64,000 bases of DNA, from assembly GCA_040954595.2 (NCBI GenBank), contig CM082576.2, forward strand, positions 17,097,028 to 17,161,027. Direction: 5' to 3'. Made by a program: the position numbers and the translations under genes. The notes beneath the pieces are model-generated. The model was not told the DNA's origin and ran no database searches. It saw only the letters and a program-made list of their open reading frames with translations. Below are positions 1 to 11,000 of this stretch, one piece after another. Source of the DNA: Balanoglossus misakiensis (Eukaryota > Animalia > Hemichordata). Every line of letters starts with the position of its first letter. The stretch's first letter is position 1.

Positions 1-149
1 TTAATTTTCCGGTGCGGAATGTACGAAGTCTTGCGAGCGCAACACCGTAACTATAGTGACCGCTCAACAAAAGGTACACAAATACCGCACCCGGAGACAA
101 ATAGTCCAAGAGATAGGTACCGTTAATTAGAATTTTTGGTAAGGAAGGT

Positions 150-496
150 TTGAGAAGTCAATTCTATGTAAAAAATGGTGCTGATTCTTATTGACCCCAC
201 TCAAGACAAAATTGCCATTTTGGCCATTTTTAACCCAAAAAAGAACATTTTTAGAAAACAATAAAACCCACTGTTTTCGTCACACTCTGAGATTTGATGA
301 CATATGATATGTTTATTCTATGTAAAATTTGGTGAATAATACGAAAAAAAGCAGTCAGATTGACCCAAAACTACACAAAATTGCCTTTTTGACCATTTTT
401 TGCCCAAAAAACGTCATTTTAGAAAAAAATTAAAACACATGTGTTTTCTTCATAATGATTTATCTGGTGATATATGGAAAGTCAATTCTATGTTAA
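150..496. repeat. Degenerate ~160-bp tandem repeat (about 3 units), probably the interior of a non-autonomous element
   Basis: The motif ATTCTATGTAAAA/ATTCTATGTTAA recurs near 160, 316 and 486. In the first two units it is followed by ATTGACCC...CAAAATTGCC...CCATTTTT...CCCAAAAA...TTTTAGAAAA. The third unit is interrupted at TTAA 493-496. Confidence 0.55.
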
Positions 497-779
497 AGGT
501 CTCATGCCATGCCCTATACAACCACGCGTAAAATCACTATTTGGGTCTTGAAGTTAACGTATGTTACCATCTTGCAATGCGTTTTGCCCCTTGTGCTTAG
601 ATAACAAGCAAGTAAAAGTGGCGGGTGGGCGTGTACCCCTAACCCACCTCAGTCGAGTTTTTTCGGCTTTTCGAAGTTCAGTCGAAGACTTATCTTGATG
701 TGGACAAATAGTCTTTCACACCTTCGTAAATCCTCTGCCTGTAATGTGAGGCAAGGGCTTCCTTTGCTTTGAACACTGT

Positions 780-3116
780 TTATATAGCTTGTCTTTGTCT
801 GTGGACCATAGACAGTGGAGAAAAGACGGACGTGCTACTGCCGCAGACAACAAAGGAAAACGGCGATAATCCGGGAGCAACGTCTGTTGGGTAACGGCCC
901 GGTAATACCCATGTTGCAACACCGTGTAAACAGTCAGTCGCCATCTTGGATTTGACCGTACCGCATCTACTACGCGTGTTCCCTTTTTGCTGCACTGCAG
1001 CTGCATCACCTGTAACATCCTTGCTTACTAAATCGTGAATGTTTAAATCACCACTGGTAAAAAGGGCCTTGTTGTGTTTCCTTACAAAATACTCTACCCT
1101 CCTAAAAAACATATAAGTTGTGTCATTCACAGTGTACAGACCGCCCCGGTTCTCTTTGTTGACCCATTCTGTTGTGTAAGACAAAAATGTTGATACAGGC
1201 TGAATTGTACTCATACCCTCCAAACACTTTACCATGCTTCTAAACCCTGATCCACGTTTCTGAAGTTGAGATATGAGAGCCATAGGGATGTAACCACAGG
1301 CATACCTCAGAATGTTTTCTTCAACACGACTCATATCCCCGCTGAAGCTCTCATCAATTGTGGTGACCTTTTCCCTTTCTAAAACTAAACCTTCAAAAAT
1401 GTGCCTGGCTAAAATCATGAGAACAGGTCCTGATACTGTCAACCCAACTTTTGAACAAAGCTTGTGTAGACATTTCCGTAATTCTGGATCCAGGCGCAAA
1501 GAGTGGAATATGCGAAACATCTCTTCTCGGCGCCGCGAAGGAAGGAACTGTCTGTCTCCTCCAGTAACAGCAGGCCACAGCACTTGTATCACTGCATCCA
1601 GTTCACTTTTTACACTTACTGGATCACTTGACAATGTATCACACAGTTTCTTTGCAACAACTTTAACTTTGGAAACACCAGGTAATCTAGGACTGTTGAA
1701 AATGCTGTCAACGGTGAGTGGTTTGATTGAGGCTAGAAGGATCCGTTGGGCTTCCTGCGTTGCATCATCCATTGTCATTTGTAGTTTCCTGGTGGGTCTG
1801 TTCTCTGTGGGGAAAAATATTGTTATAGTTGATTGGTCAGTGACACTGGTGCCCGACAACAAAAATGAAAAGAAAGTTTTATCTTACATATTCAGAATAA
1901 CGCCACAGTAACTGTAAATTGCCACCACTGTTTTGCCAATATTTATGATGGAAAGCAAAACAGTGAAATTTCCCCCAAAGTGGCAGCATAGACAGCTATG
2001 AAACTGTGAGTGTCCCTTTTAAGTATGGGAGTACTGTTTCTCTACTGTCTTTGTCTCACATTAGAAATGAAATCATATTTTGAAAGATAAATAATCACAG
2101 TTACTAAATATGTGTTCTTAGCTTACCTTTGTTGTTAATCTTCTTGGAAACCCCAGCTCCTTTCAAAACGTTTTTCTTTGGATCACAGTCTGTTCTTTTC
2201 ACCATGTCTGGTCCTGGAAAGGAAAAATGATCAATAATGAGTTGTGAGCACGACAGGGATAGAATAATAATAAAATGTTGATAATGGAGGGAAAATACAG
2301 AGAAATGTTTCTGGCATCAACAGTAATAATCAATGGCTGCCTAGTGTCTATGGTATTTTGAAATATGTCTGAAGTGTTTTACTCATAACACTTTTATTTC
2401 ATTTTAACATAATATAGCATATCTTTCTTTACTTGTATTTCCAGTTTTTCATTTTAGTTAGTTGTTAGAAAACTTGTGGCACAGTTGTATGTCTGATCCT
2501 GATCAGCTTAGACAATGTAAACTACCAAGGGAAATTGCTACCATTAACTTGAAGGGGACCCATTAGTCTGCTTTGCCCATATTCATAACAATCTGTTTAT
2601 CTGTGCAGCCCATATGTTGCTCATTTTTTTCGCATGACATTTTTGGCCTTGAAAAACATTCTTCATTCATATCCATGCTTGGCGACGATCATTATGATTA
2701 TGGGATGTCTTTAAAAATCATAGACAGTAAAAATGTACAGGTACCAGGCGGTGTAGTTTCAGCTTGTGACCAACGCCTTGCTCCACATTTCGATCAACAA
2801 AATAGCAGTAAAACTTACCGACTAGCCCATGGCCATTTATCAAATGCTGCTTGCAACTCTGCTTTCTGTTGAAAGTTTTGTCACAAACGTCACATTTGAT
2901 AGTTTTTGTATCACCACCGACGCAAACGATGTATCGATCAAGATAGCTCAAGTCTCGACGTTTAGGAGCTTGCTGCATGCCTTCTTGTAACTCGTCGTCG
3001 GTAAGTGGCGATGTATCATCGTCGTCGCTAGTCTCGCTCCCTGAATAATCGAAATCGCTGTATTCGGAATCAGTAAAAACGGCAACAAATTCGCTATCGG
3101 TTTGGACGGAAGCCAT
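780..3116 (-). CDS. 3-exon gene inside the P-like element: acidic N-terminus, C2H2 zinc finger, and a region resembling the C-terminal domain of P/THAP9 transposases; 3'-truncated
   Basis: Exons 3116-2819 (ATG; CDVC-x12-H-x4-H), 2213-2127 and 1804 onward, all GT-AG with matching phase 1. Motifs ENILRYACGYI and WVNKENRGGLY. The frame loses similarity near 985 and runs through the TIR to a stop at 780. Confidence 0.7.
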
Positions 3117-3383
3117 TGTGTATGTGCTGCGAGCCGCTTGTAAACAACTTATGACCTGTGACCCGAATCTCGCCAAATAACGTCTCGCGTAGCACGAAAT
3201 ATTACGCTTTTTCTCGTGGTAACTCTCGCGTTTTGCGATATTATGCGAGGTTTTATCGCCAGACGGCGATAAAGAGGTGATGATGAGTTTGTCTATTGTT
3301 TGGTGGATTAAAAGGGATTACAACAGACGTTACTACAAAAGAAATGCACTAGTAGCACGTCCGTCTTTTCTCCACTGTCTATG
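807..3383 (-). mobile_element. P-element-like DNA transposon, internally deleted
   Basis: Perfect 33-bp TIR CATAGACAGTGGAGAAAAGACGGACGTGCTACT (807-839 / 3351-3383). 7-bp TSD TGTGGAC (800-806 / 3384-3390). CA..TG ends with a 7-8 bp TSD fit the P superfamily. Confidence 0.85.
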
Positions 3384-3699
3384 TGTGGACTTAATTACTC
3401 ATGGACTGCTAATTACACTTTACTGTTAGCAGAATGGTACACTAGGACATAGTGTACTTGTTTGTCCATATGCAAATACCTTCGCCTGGCTCGAGTGCGA
3501 AGTGGCTCCCTGATCACAGGCATGAAAAAAGGTGGCAAATTCCGGCATTCGTGCACATTTTTCAGAACCGACACAATAGGCAATGCATAGACAGGTACCC
3601 TAGGTGAGCTTTTGACGTGGAAAAATGAAAACTTTCCAAAGCATGACATGAGACCTTTAAAGTGATGACTTTAAAAAGTAAAGCAGATTTTTTTACCTC

Positions 3700-5351
3700 A
3701 ATCAATACAAAAATGGCCACAATAAACTTTGACAATGGGTACCAAGATTGTGTCTAACATGCTAGATGGTAAATACCCATGGACATGAGCACTCGTAAAA
3801 AGAACTGACAGTAGCAAATGAAGGCGACCATGAGCATTCTTTATATGTTCCGCAGCAATGCCGTCGGGACCTACAGCTTCCCCAGTGGCTAAACTACTGA
3901 TACATTGAGCAATATCAATAGACCTTACAAACATGTCATTACTAAACCTGACATCAGAAACACTATTAATAACATGCGATTCATTAGAATTATCGGTAAC
4001 AGAAGACAAAAGACCCGCAAAATGGTCATGCTACATTTTAGTTGTGTTTTGATGACCATAACATCCACCCACAGATGCAGATAGAGGAGCTGATTTCTTA
4101 TTACTTTTTACTCTCCTCCAGAACTGGTTGTTTCTTTCTATTTGAAAGACTTTCAGCAAGAGCATCAGCTCGCATTTTCATAACGTTTACATATCCTCAA
4201 AGAATACTTAAATTTGGAGCGAGTAGTTTTCATCAGTTCAAAAAGTGGACCTTGTCGAGGGCTGCCACTTTCTAGATCCACATGATAGGCGTATCTCGAG
4301 CAATCGCATGGTGCTCTTTGACATAATGATTCCAACCAGAAATTGACCTATGGCAATTATGACTCATTTTCTTAGGAATACTTTGTGATGCAGCCAGCAT
4401 TAATGCATTCACAATATCATCATACTCTTTAAATATCTCTAAATGCATGGTACGATTACATCGAGGATCATTACAAGAAAAAATCTCAAGCATTAAGATT
4501 GATACAACTCAAAGTATGCTCAGTACAGGTATAATACTTCTGTAAAGAGGCGTCATCAGTAGATGACCAATCAGTATTCTCGAAAATAGGAACATTGTCT
4601 TGCAAATCATATTTTTTGAAGATCACTGAGATAACAAACCACATGTAAAGGAAAATGGTCAGACCCAATATAATCATACATGATGCGCACATCATTAATA
4701 CATTTATGCGCAGCTGAGGTAGAGACACAGTGGTCAAGCCACCATGTGGAATGATGAGATTCACTATAATATGTGAAGTTCTTCACATTGTTCATACCCA
4801 AGATGCTAACATCTGAACAAATGTAGTTATTTTCTTCACAGAAGGTAGACAATTCCCTAGAGAAATCTGAAGCATTGTTAATGTTAGTGTTCCAATCTCC
4901 AATCACCATAACACAGTTGGAATTAGCATTTTCAATGCAACCACGAATTTTCTGCAAATAAGAGGCAAACTCTTGCAAATTGTCGTTATTTTGAGTAGGC
5001 ATATAAACATTTATCAAAGTAAGAATACCACCAGAATAGCTAATTTCAAGACCAATTAACCGGTCATCGTTATATTTCTTTAAATAACAGAGCAGAGAGA
5101 TTTTCTCCACATCACGACAACACCCCCAAATGGCCGACCAAGTCGTATGCCACCCTTCTCATCCATAGATGATTCTCCGACTGCATATAAATTTTCATTG
5201 ATGTGTGACAACAGACTAAGCTCAGATTTAGATAACCAATGCTCTTGAAGAAAGCATATATCGGAACTATCACAAATATCTTTTATGGATTCAATAGAAG
5301 ACTTGATCCCACAAAAGTTATAAGAAACAATATTCACTGACATAAAAGTTG
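3700..5351 (-). pseudogene. Degraded LINE ORF2 (APE endonuclease and start of RT), probably Proto2-like; same family type as 26310-30777
   Basis: Broken ORFs contain MSVNIVSYN, LQEHWL, GRPFGG, NVYMP, GDWN, WLDH, SDHFP, ISGWN, GPDGIAAEH and LVPIVK, with many frameshifts. Confidence 0.85.
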
Positions 5352-5356
5352 TTATT

Positions 5357-6815
5357 TGTATCACATCTTGACCAGAATATCTTGAAGAACTACAGACCAG
5401 TGTCCAACTTACCTTTCCTATCAAAAGTTCTTGAGCGTATAGTTGCCCAACAGTTATACGATCATCTCAACAGGTACCAGCTTTTCACAAGATGTCAGAG
5501 TGCATATCGTGCCAACCATAGCACTGAAACCGCTCTCCTACGCGTCCATAACGACATTATGCTTGCCCTGAATCAAAAGAAGGATGTACTTCTCGTCATG
5601 CTTGATTTGTCCGCCGCATTTGACACGATCGACCATAATATTCTATTACACCGCCTCCGATCTAGATTTGGCATCACTGGTACAGCACTTTTGTGGTTTC
5701 GATCATATCTTGCCGATCGCACTCATCGTGTCAAGATTGGAACTGTGTTTTCTCATCATTTGCAAGTGAAGTATGGCGTTCCACAGGGATCTGTCCTCGG
5801 GCCAATTTTATTCACGCTCTACACAGCACCACTAGAGGATATTATAGTAGGCCATAATCTTGACTACATGATGAACGCTGATGACACACAGATGTACATT
5901 ATCTGCAATAAACCTGAAGATGTTAGCGCCGGCGTTGAAATGTGCGTTGATGATATTCGCGGATGGATGAGAAGTAACATGCTGGTGCTGAACGATAACA
6001 AGACCGAAGTTATTCATTTTTCATCACGCTTGAAACACGATATGGCAGAACTGCATAACCTCAGGATCGGTAAACTTAACATCACTCCATCTCCTTTCGT
6101 TCGGAATCTTGGTGTTATTCTCAACAGGGATGGCTTTATGTGTGAACATATCAGTCAACTTTGTAGGAACGCATATTTCTCTTTATCAAGAATCGGTAAA
6201 ATTCGTAAATTACTCGACAAGCCCACTACCGAGAAACTCATTCATGCATTCGTTACCTCTAGACTCGACTATTGTAACAGTCTGTTCTATGGCATCTCAA
6301 ATGACCAGCTGATCCGTCTGTAGTCTGTTCAAAATGCAGCAGCCCGTCTCGTCACAGGTACACGCAAATATGACCACATCACCCCTGTTTTTATTGATTT
6401 ACACTGGTTACCTGTGAAAGCTCGTATACAATTCAAAATTTTATTGACTACTTTTAAGATTGTTAGAGGTGGTGCACCGCTTTATCTGACCGATTTAATT
6501 GATCTGTACGTACCGTCAAGAAATCTGCGATCTTCTGAGAAATTACGTTTAACTCCTCCTCGCGGATATTTTAATAAGTCCTATGGTCAGAGAGCTTTTT
6601 CGGTATGTGCCCCTTTGCTGTGGAATGCACTGCCTTCAGAAATTCGTTGTGCCAGAAATACTACTTCTTTTAAACGTTGTTTGAAGACCCATCTTTTTAA
6701 CAAGTTTTACTCGTAACTGTAGTAGTTGTTTTTTGTATCTTTTTAATACTTGTGTTCAGCGCACTGAGACGTTTGTGGAGTGCGTTTTTAAGAATTAAAT
6801 ATTATTATTATTATT
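5357..6815 (+). mobile_element. 5'-truncated L2/CR1-group LINE (RT domain) inserted at the ORF1/ORF2 junction of the older LINE
   Basis: Motifs NYRPVSNLPFLSKVLE, QSAYR..HSTETAL, LDLSAAFDT, GVPQGSVLGP, ADDTQ and SRLDYCNS. Premature TAG at 6321-6323. 3' stem-loop (GCGCACT...AGTGCG) then a (TAT)n tail. TTATT is present at both junctions (5352-5356, 6811-6815). Confidence 0.9.
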
Positions 6816-7090
6816 GTTTCTTGCACGGTAGAACTTTCGCACCAAAACACCAGATGGCCAAGTATTGGGAGTTAAAATCTTATTACTATTTTGTAGCGTA
6901 GTAGTTACTTTAAAAGACGAATATGTGTCATATTTAGTTTTCAACGGAACAGATTTTATGTTCGAAAGTCCAAGAGTTTGAAGATGAGACGATATGTCTT
7001 CAGCTGTGGTCTGTGGTGAAAGACGACTTACAAAAAGTTCAACTTGTGGGACGGTCTTAACAGCTTTCAGAGTGGAGGTCTGCGTATTAC
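6816..7090 (-). pseudogene. ORF1 C-terminal remnant of the minus-strand LINE interrupted by the L2 insertion
   Basis: The minus strand gives FFVSRLH...KYDTYSSFKV...PNTWPSGVLVRKFYRAR, matching LFVSRLN...KYDTYASF...PVNWPQDTLVRKYY in ORF1 at 27138-27818. Confidence 0.75.
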
Positions 7091-8020
7091 TTCCAGTGAC
7101 AATATCAGTGCGGGCTTGAGGAAAGCCAAAATTTATGGGCTCGAATTGGCTTTCCTCTCGCCCTCGCCCATAAACAAACGTTAATGGTCAGGGCAGACGG
7201 AATTTTCTAGTCAAACCACTCAGAACCATTACGCAGTTGGGATAATCACCACCTTTGTTTGTCTTTGGTACCGTGAATACAAAGGCGAAATTCCAAACCA
7301 GACTTTCAACATTTGGATGCAAATAATGAATAAAAGTGTCAACTCTAATGAAGAACCCAGGTCAACTAATGTCTATTCCAGTATACTATTGTGCACAGAT
7401 GTTATGTTGTATGTTATAAATTGCGGAGCTGTTCTATTGTTTGACGGAAGGTACAGCTGTCTATTCATATGTTCTCACTTGAAAAGCTGAGTTGACATTT
7501 AGTGAAAATGCTTAATAGCATCGCTTTCGAATTTATATGAACCGTGCCTCATTTTGGAAATAAAAGAACAGCGCCACTTGTTGCTGCCCTGCGTGATGAA
7601 CAGTGGGCGTTTAACTCTCGTGGCAGGAGATATCATCACGTTAGCACACATGTTTTACATCAACGATATCATTACAACAAAAAAATCCTTTCAAGGCCAG
7701 AATGTCTAATTCGCTTATGAGTGTGCGACGACACTGAACAGTGAAATAATTGCCTGCACTTCAGGTGGATGGCCCGATTACGTTGCCATTGTTTTCTGTT
7801 TTTTTTCACTTGTTTTTCAGCTATACATTTTAATGGAGTTAGTTTACCATGTAGTAATGAATAGACAATGATTACCGTAAGGTTACCATGAACTGCGCAC
7901 GTGACAGCACAGTGTGTGATCTTTGCAAGGTCCTGAATTGAACAACCTGCCGGGCTTAACATTTATAGCATATACGTGTACTAAAACTGACACCTCGTGG
8001 AACCAACGCTGGTGCTGACA

Positions 8021-11000
8021 ATGCCTACAAGAAAAGATCTCGTCCACGTTGCTTATGTTGCATTTGGTTTTGGCTTTATACTTTTACTGGTATGGGTAAG
8101 TGCTCTACATTACTACTGTTACGATCTGTATAAGGTCAATCAAATATGATTTTAAAGATCAATTATTATCCATAGCTCGGGAGTAGATAGGGAGAGCTGG
8201 TTACCATGAAGTGTTTAACTGATGACTGTTCCGTTTGTCAATCATCATCGAACTGACCATGTTTTATAACGCTTTATGTAAATTGGTGCGTACTGACATA
8301 TTGAACATGTTCAACCATATTACCCATGTATGAATTACTACTTTTAAAATTCCAGCGGCAGTACATGGTGGAGAATCCAGGTCATTTTTTTAGATAACTA
8401 TCAGAATGTATTTCTGATAAACGAACATGATTAACCCCGGGTATTTTGGTTGCTAAGGCGTTGGCCTATTCGAATTAGAATTTTCTTCTTATGCGAGTTG
8501 TAAACACTTTGGATACTGTCTAAATTAAGAAAAACAGTGTTGTTGGGATGTTTTCACCCTTGCCCTGTAATACTATTACTAATAGTCAGCAATCCCACCC
8601 GATAATAAATTGTGTCTCACCTCAAGTGGTGTTATAATGGGTCACGGGTGGCAGTTACATCTTTTCAAACTTATTTGGGCATTGTATTCTCCTGGACTGG
8701 GCAATGGTTTCAAGCACAGAAATGTTTAAGTGAGCAGGCTAATAGAGCCCTTTTTAGCTTAAAATCTTGTCTCCGTAAGTTTGGAACTCTTCCGCCATCA
8801 CTAGCTTTAAAAATTTTCGACTGTAAAATCTTACCAATTCTACTCTATGGTTCCGAAATCTGGGGCTTTCACCATGCTAAAAATATTGAAATGGTCCATA
8901 ATAGTATGTTGCGTTTTATTTTAAATGTGTATACAAATACCTCCATTTCTGCCATTCGGGGGGAATTGGGTAGAGTATCATTGCGTGTGCATATATATTG
9001 TAAGATAATCAAATACTGGCTTAGAATTGTAAGTATGGATACAAATAGACTACTTTTTAAATGTTATGATTTCCAACTTCAGAATATTAATGTACAAAAA
9101 TACAATTTTTGGGCTAAAAATGTGAAATATTTGCTCCAGAGTTATGGTTTTGGGGAGATCTGGGAACAACAAGGAGTTGGGAGTGAAGCCGATTTTTTGA
9201 AAATTTTTAAACAGCATTGTATTGACATAGATATCCAGCTTTGGTCGAATGAAATGAATGAATCACGTAAATTAGATACATATGCCACTTTTAAAAGAGA
9301 ACCATTTTTTAGAACCATACTTAACTTGTATTGATAGAGCCATTTTCAGAATTGCACTCTGTAAATTTAGAACTTCAGCACAGAACTTGAAAATTGAATC
9401 TGGACGCAAGAATAATACTCCAAGGGCTTTAAGAATTTGCGAAATGTGTGATTGTAACACTGTTGAAGACGAGTTCCACTTTTTACTTGTTTGCCCATTG
9501 TACAATGAACTACGCCAGAAGTATTTTTCGCAATTTTATTTTAATCCCCCATTGTTATATAAGTTTAAGCTACTCTTAACATCCCAACATACAACTACAC
9601 TGAGAAATCTTAGTAGGTTTATCTTTTATGCCACCAAACTTAGAGAGGATACCATCAACAATACTTAATACATTCGTTTATTATTTATTTATTTTTTGCT
9701 CTGTTGTGTTCAACATCTCTAGCGATAAGCTAACAATTTATACTTACTGATTTGTACATTATGGCCGGAGGCCACCAGTACTGAAATAAAATCTATCTAT
9801 CTATCTATGTCTAGGTTTCTCTACACGCATCATTTTGCAAAAGTCGTGTGTAGGGAAACCTAGACGAACCTTGCGGCCGATATCGACAAGCGTGTCTAGG
9901 TTTCTCTACACGCATCATTTTGCAAAAGTCGTGTGTAGGGAAACCTAGACGAACCTTGCGGCCGATATCGACAAGCGTGTCTAGGTTTCTCTACACGCAT
10001 CATTTTGCAGAAGTCGTGTGTAGGGAAACCTAGACGAACCTTGCGGCCGATATCGACAAGCGTGTCTAGGTTTCTCTACACGCATCATTTTGCAGAAGTC
10101 GTGTGTAGGGAAACCTAGACGAACCTTGCGGCCGATATCGACAAGCGTGTCTAGGTTTCTCTACACGCATCATTTTGCAGAAGTCGTGTGTAGGGAAACC
10201 TAGACGAACCTTGCGGCCGATATCGACAAGCGTGTCTTGGTTTCTCTACACGCATCATTTTGCAGAAGTCGTGTGTAGGGAAACCTAGACGAACCTTGCG
10301 GCCGATATCGACAAGCGTGTCTAGGTTTCTCTACACGCATCATTTTGCAGAAGTCGTGTGTAGGGAAACCTAGACGCACCTTGCGGCCGATATCGACAAG
10401 CGTGTCTAGGTTTCTCTACACGCATCATTTTGCAAAAGTCGTGTGTAGGGAAACCTAGACGCACCTTGCGGCCGATATCGACAAGCGTGTCTTGGTTTCT
10501 CTACACGCATCATTTTGCAAAAGTCGTGTGTAGGGAAACCTAGACGAACCTTGCGGCCGATATCGACAAGCGTGTCTAGGTTTCTCTACACGCATCATTT
10601 TGCAAAAGTCGTGTGTAGGGAAACCTAGACGAACCTTGCGGCCGATATCGACAAGCGTGTCTAGGTTTCTCTACACGCATCATTTTGCAAAAGTCGTGTG
10701 TAGGGAAACCTAGACGAACCTTGCGGCCGATATCGACAAGCGTGTCTAGGTTTCTCTACACGCATCATTTTGCAAAAGTCGTGTGTAGGGAAACCTAGAC
10801 GAACCTTGCGGCCGATATCGACAAGCGTGTCTAGGTTTCTCTACACGCATCATTTTGCAAAAGTCGTGTGTAGGGAAACCTAGACGAACCTTGCGGCCGA
10901 TATCGACAAGCGTGTCTAGGTTTCTCTACACGCATCATTTTGCAAAAGTCGTGTGTAGGGAAACCTAGACGCACCTTGCGGCCGATATCGACAAGCGTGT

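Larger units (their letters stand above)
497..3656. mobile_element. Non-autonomous Kolobok-type DNA transposon (TTAA TSD), about 580 bp of own sequence, carrying a nested P-like element
   Basis: TTAA at 493-496 and 3657-3660. Terminal inverted repeats AGGTCTCATGCCATGC (497-512) and GCATGACATGAGACCT (3641-3656) match 15/16. RR..YY ends with a TTAA TSD are typical of Kolobok. Confidence 0.85.

Noticed and set aside
1312-1911. 199-aa plus-strand ORF
   Set aside because: Antisense shadow of the minus-strand exon; no recognisable motifs.
8612-9668. Displaced 3' half of the LINE truncated at 34603
   Set aside because: The two pieces overlap (KW..NG..YLG..W..AQ..L..QA..ALF) with clearly different sequence, so they are different families.
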